From: Betaproteobacteria bacterium | Lineage (GTDB): Bacteria; Pseudomonadota; Gammaproteobacteria; Burkholderiales; SG8-39 | Assembly (NCBI GenBank): GCA_034668045.1 | Contig: JAXDQC010000071.1 | Span: 1 to 57,229 of the forward strand | Direction: 5' to 3' | DNA: 57,229 bases | Shown here: piece after piece, positions 57,010-57,229 of the stretch | Layout: each line of letters begins with the position of its first letter | Position numbering within the stretch: position 1 is the stretch's first letter | Program-made: the position numbers and the translations under genes | The notes under the pieces: model-generated | Told to the model about the DNA's origin: nothing | Database searches by the model: none | Seen by the model: the letters and a program-made list of their open reading frames with translations, nothing else

Positions 57010-57229
57010 TTGAAGGCGCCGTCGTTCGCCTATGCAAAACCTCGCACGCTCGAGGAGGCGTTCCCGCTGCTCGAGCGCCCCGGCGCTCGCATCCTCGCCG
57101 GCGGCCAGAGCCTGATCCCCGCGCTCAACATGCGCCTCTCCGCGCCCGAGCTCCTGATCGACATCGGCGGCCTCACGCGCCTGAAGGACATCTCGCTGCA
57201 GCCCGGCGGCCTGCGCATCGGCGCGCTCG
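57010..57229 (+). CDS. Partial CoxM/CutM-like FAD-binding subunit of a molybdenum hydroxylase
   Basis: AGGAGG SD and TATAAT at 56980; TTG start gives MKAPSFAYAKPRTLEEA..LAGGQSLIPALNMRL..IGAL. Not in the ORF track. Confidence 0.88.
   Translation, partial: MKAPSFAYAKPRTLEEAFPLLERPGARILAGGQSLIPALNMRLSAPELLIDIGGLTRLKDISLQPGGLRIGAL

Overview
High-GC chromosomal segment, probably from a Betaproteobacterium (inferred from three Bug/TTT receptors, TAXI-TRAP and gene content). It is very compact, with about 65 CDSs and many overlapping or nearly abutting gene junctions. Content is mostly catabolism and transport (TAXI, Bug, branched-chain-type ABC, BenE, MFS, hydantoinase/acetone-carboxylase-like A and B subunits, flavin monooxygenase, old yellow enzyme, Rieske oxygenase, CoxM-like subunit) plus core genes (mrcB with a TPR lipoprotein, asnS, tldD/tldE, orphan soxB). 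No rRNA, tRNA, CRISPR array, integrase or transposase was seen. Best leads: (1) a lone, compositionally foreign ABC-ATPase-TOPRIM fusion (42043-44043) that looks like a one-gene anti-phage system, flanked by a C-rich to G-rich codon skew switch; (2) an unannotated sRNA with an anti-Shine-Dalgarno loop (about 50434-50519); (3) a periplasmic cytochrome c plus heme/beta-propeller pair; (4) three genes whose conserved N-termini need a CTG start; (5) a DUF805-pilin fusion and B-box-like gene inside the hydantoinase operon; (6) recurrent leaderless-type promoters and short AT-rich patches inside genes. All calls come from motif recognition by eye; no searches were run.
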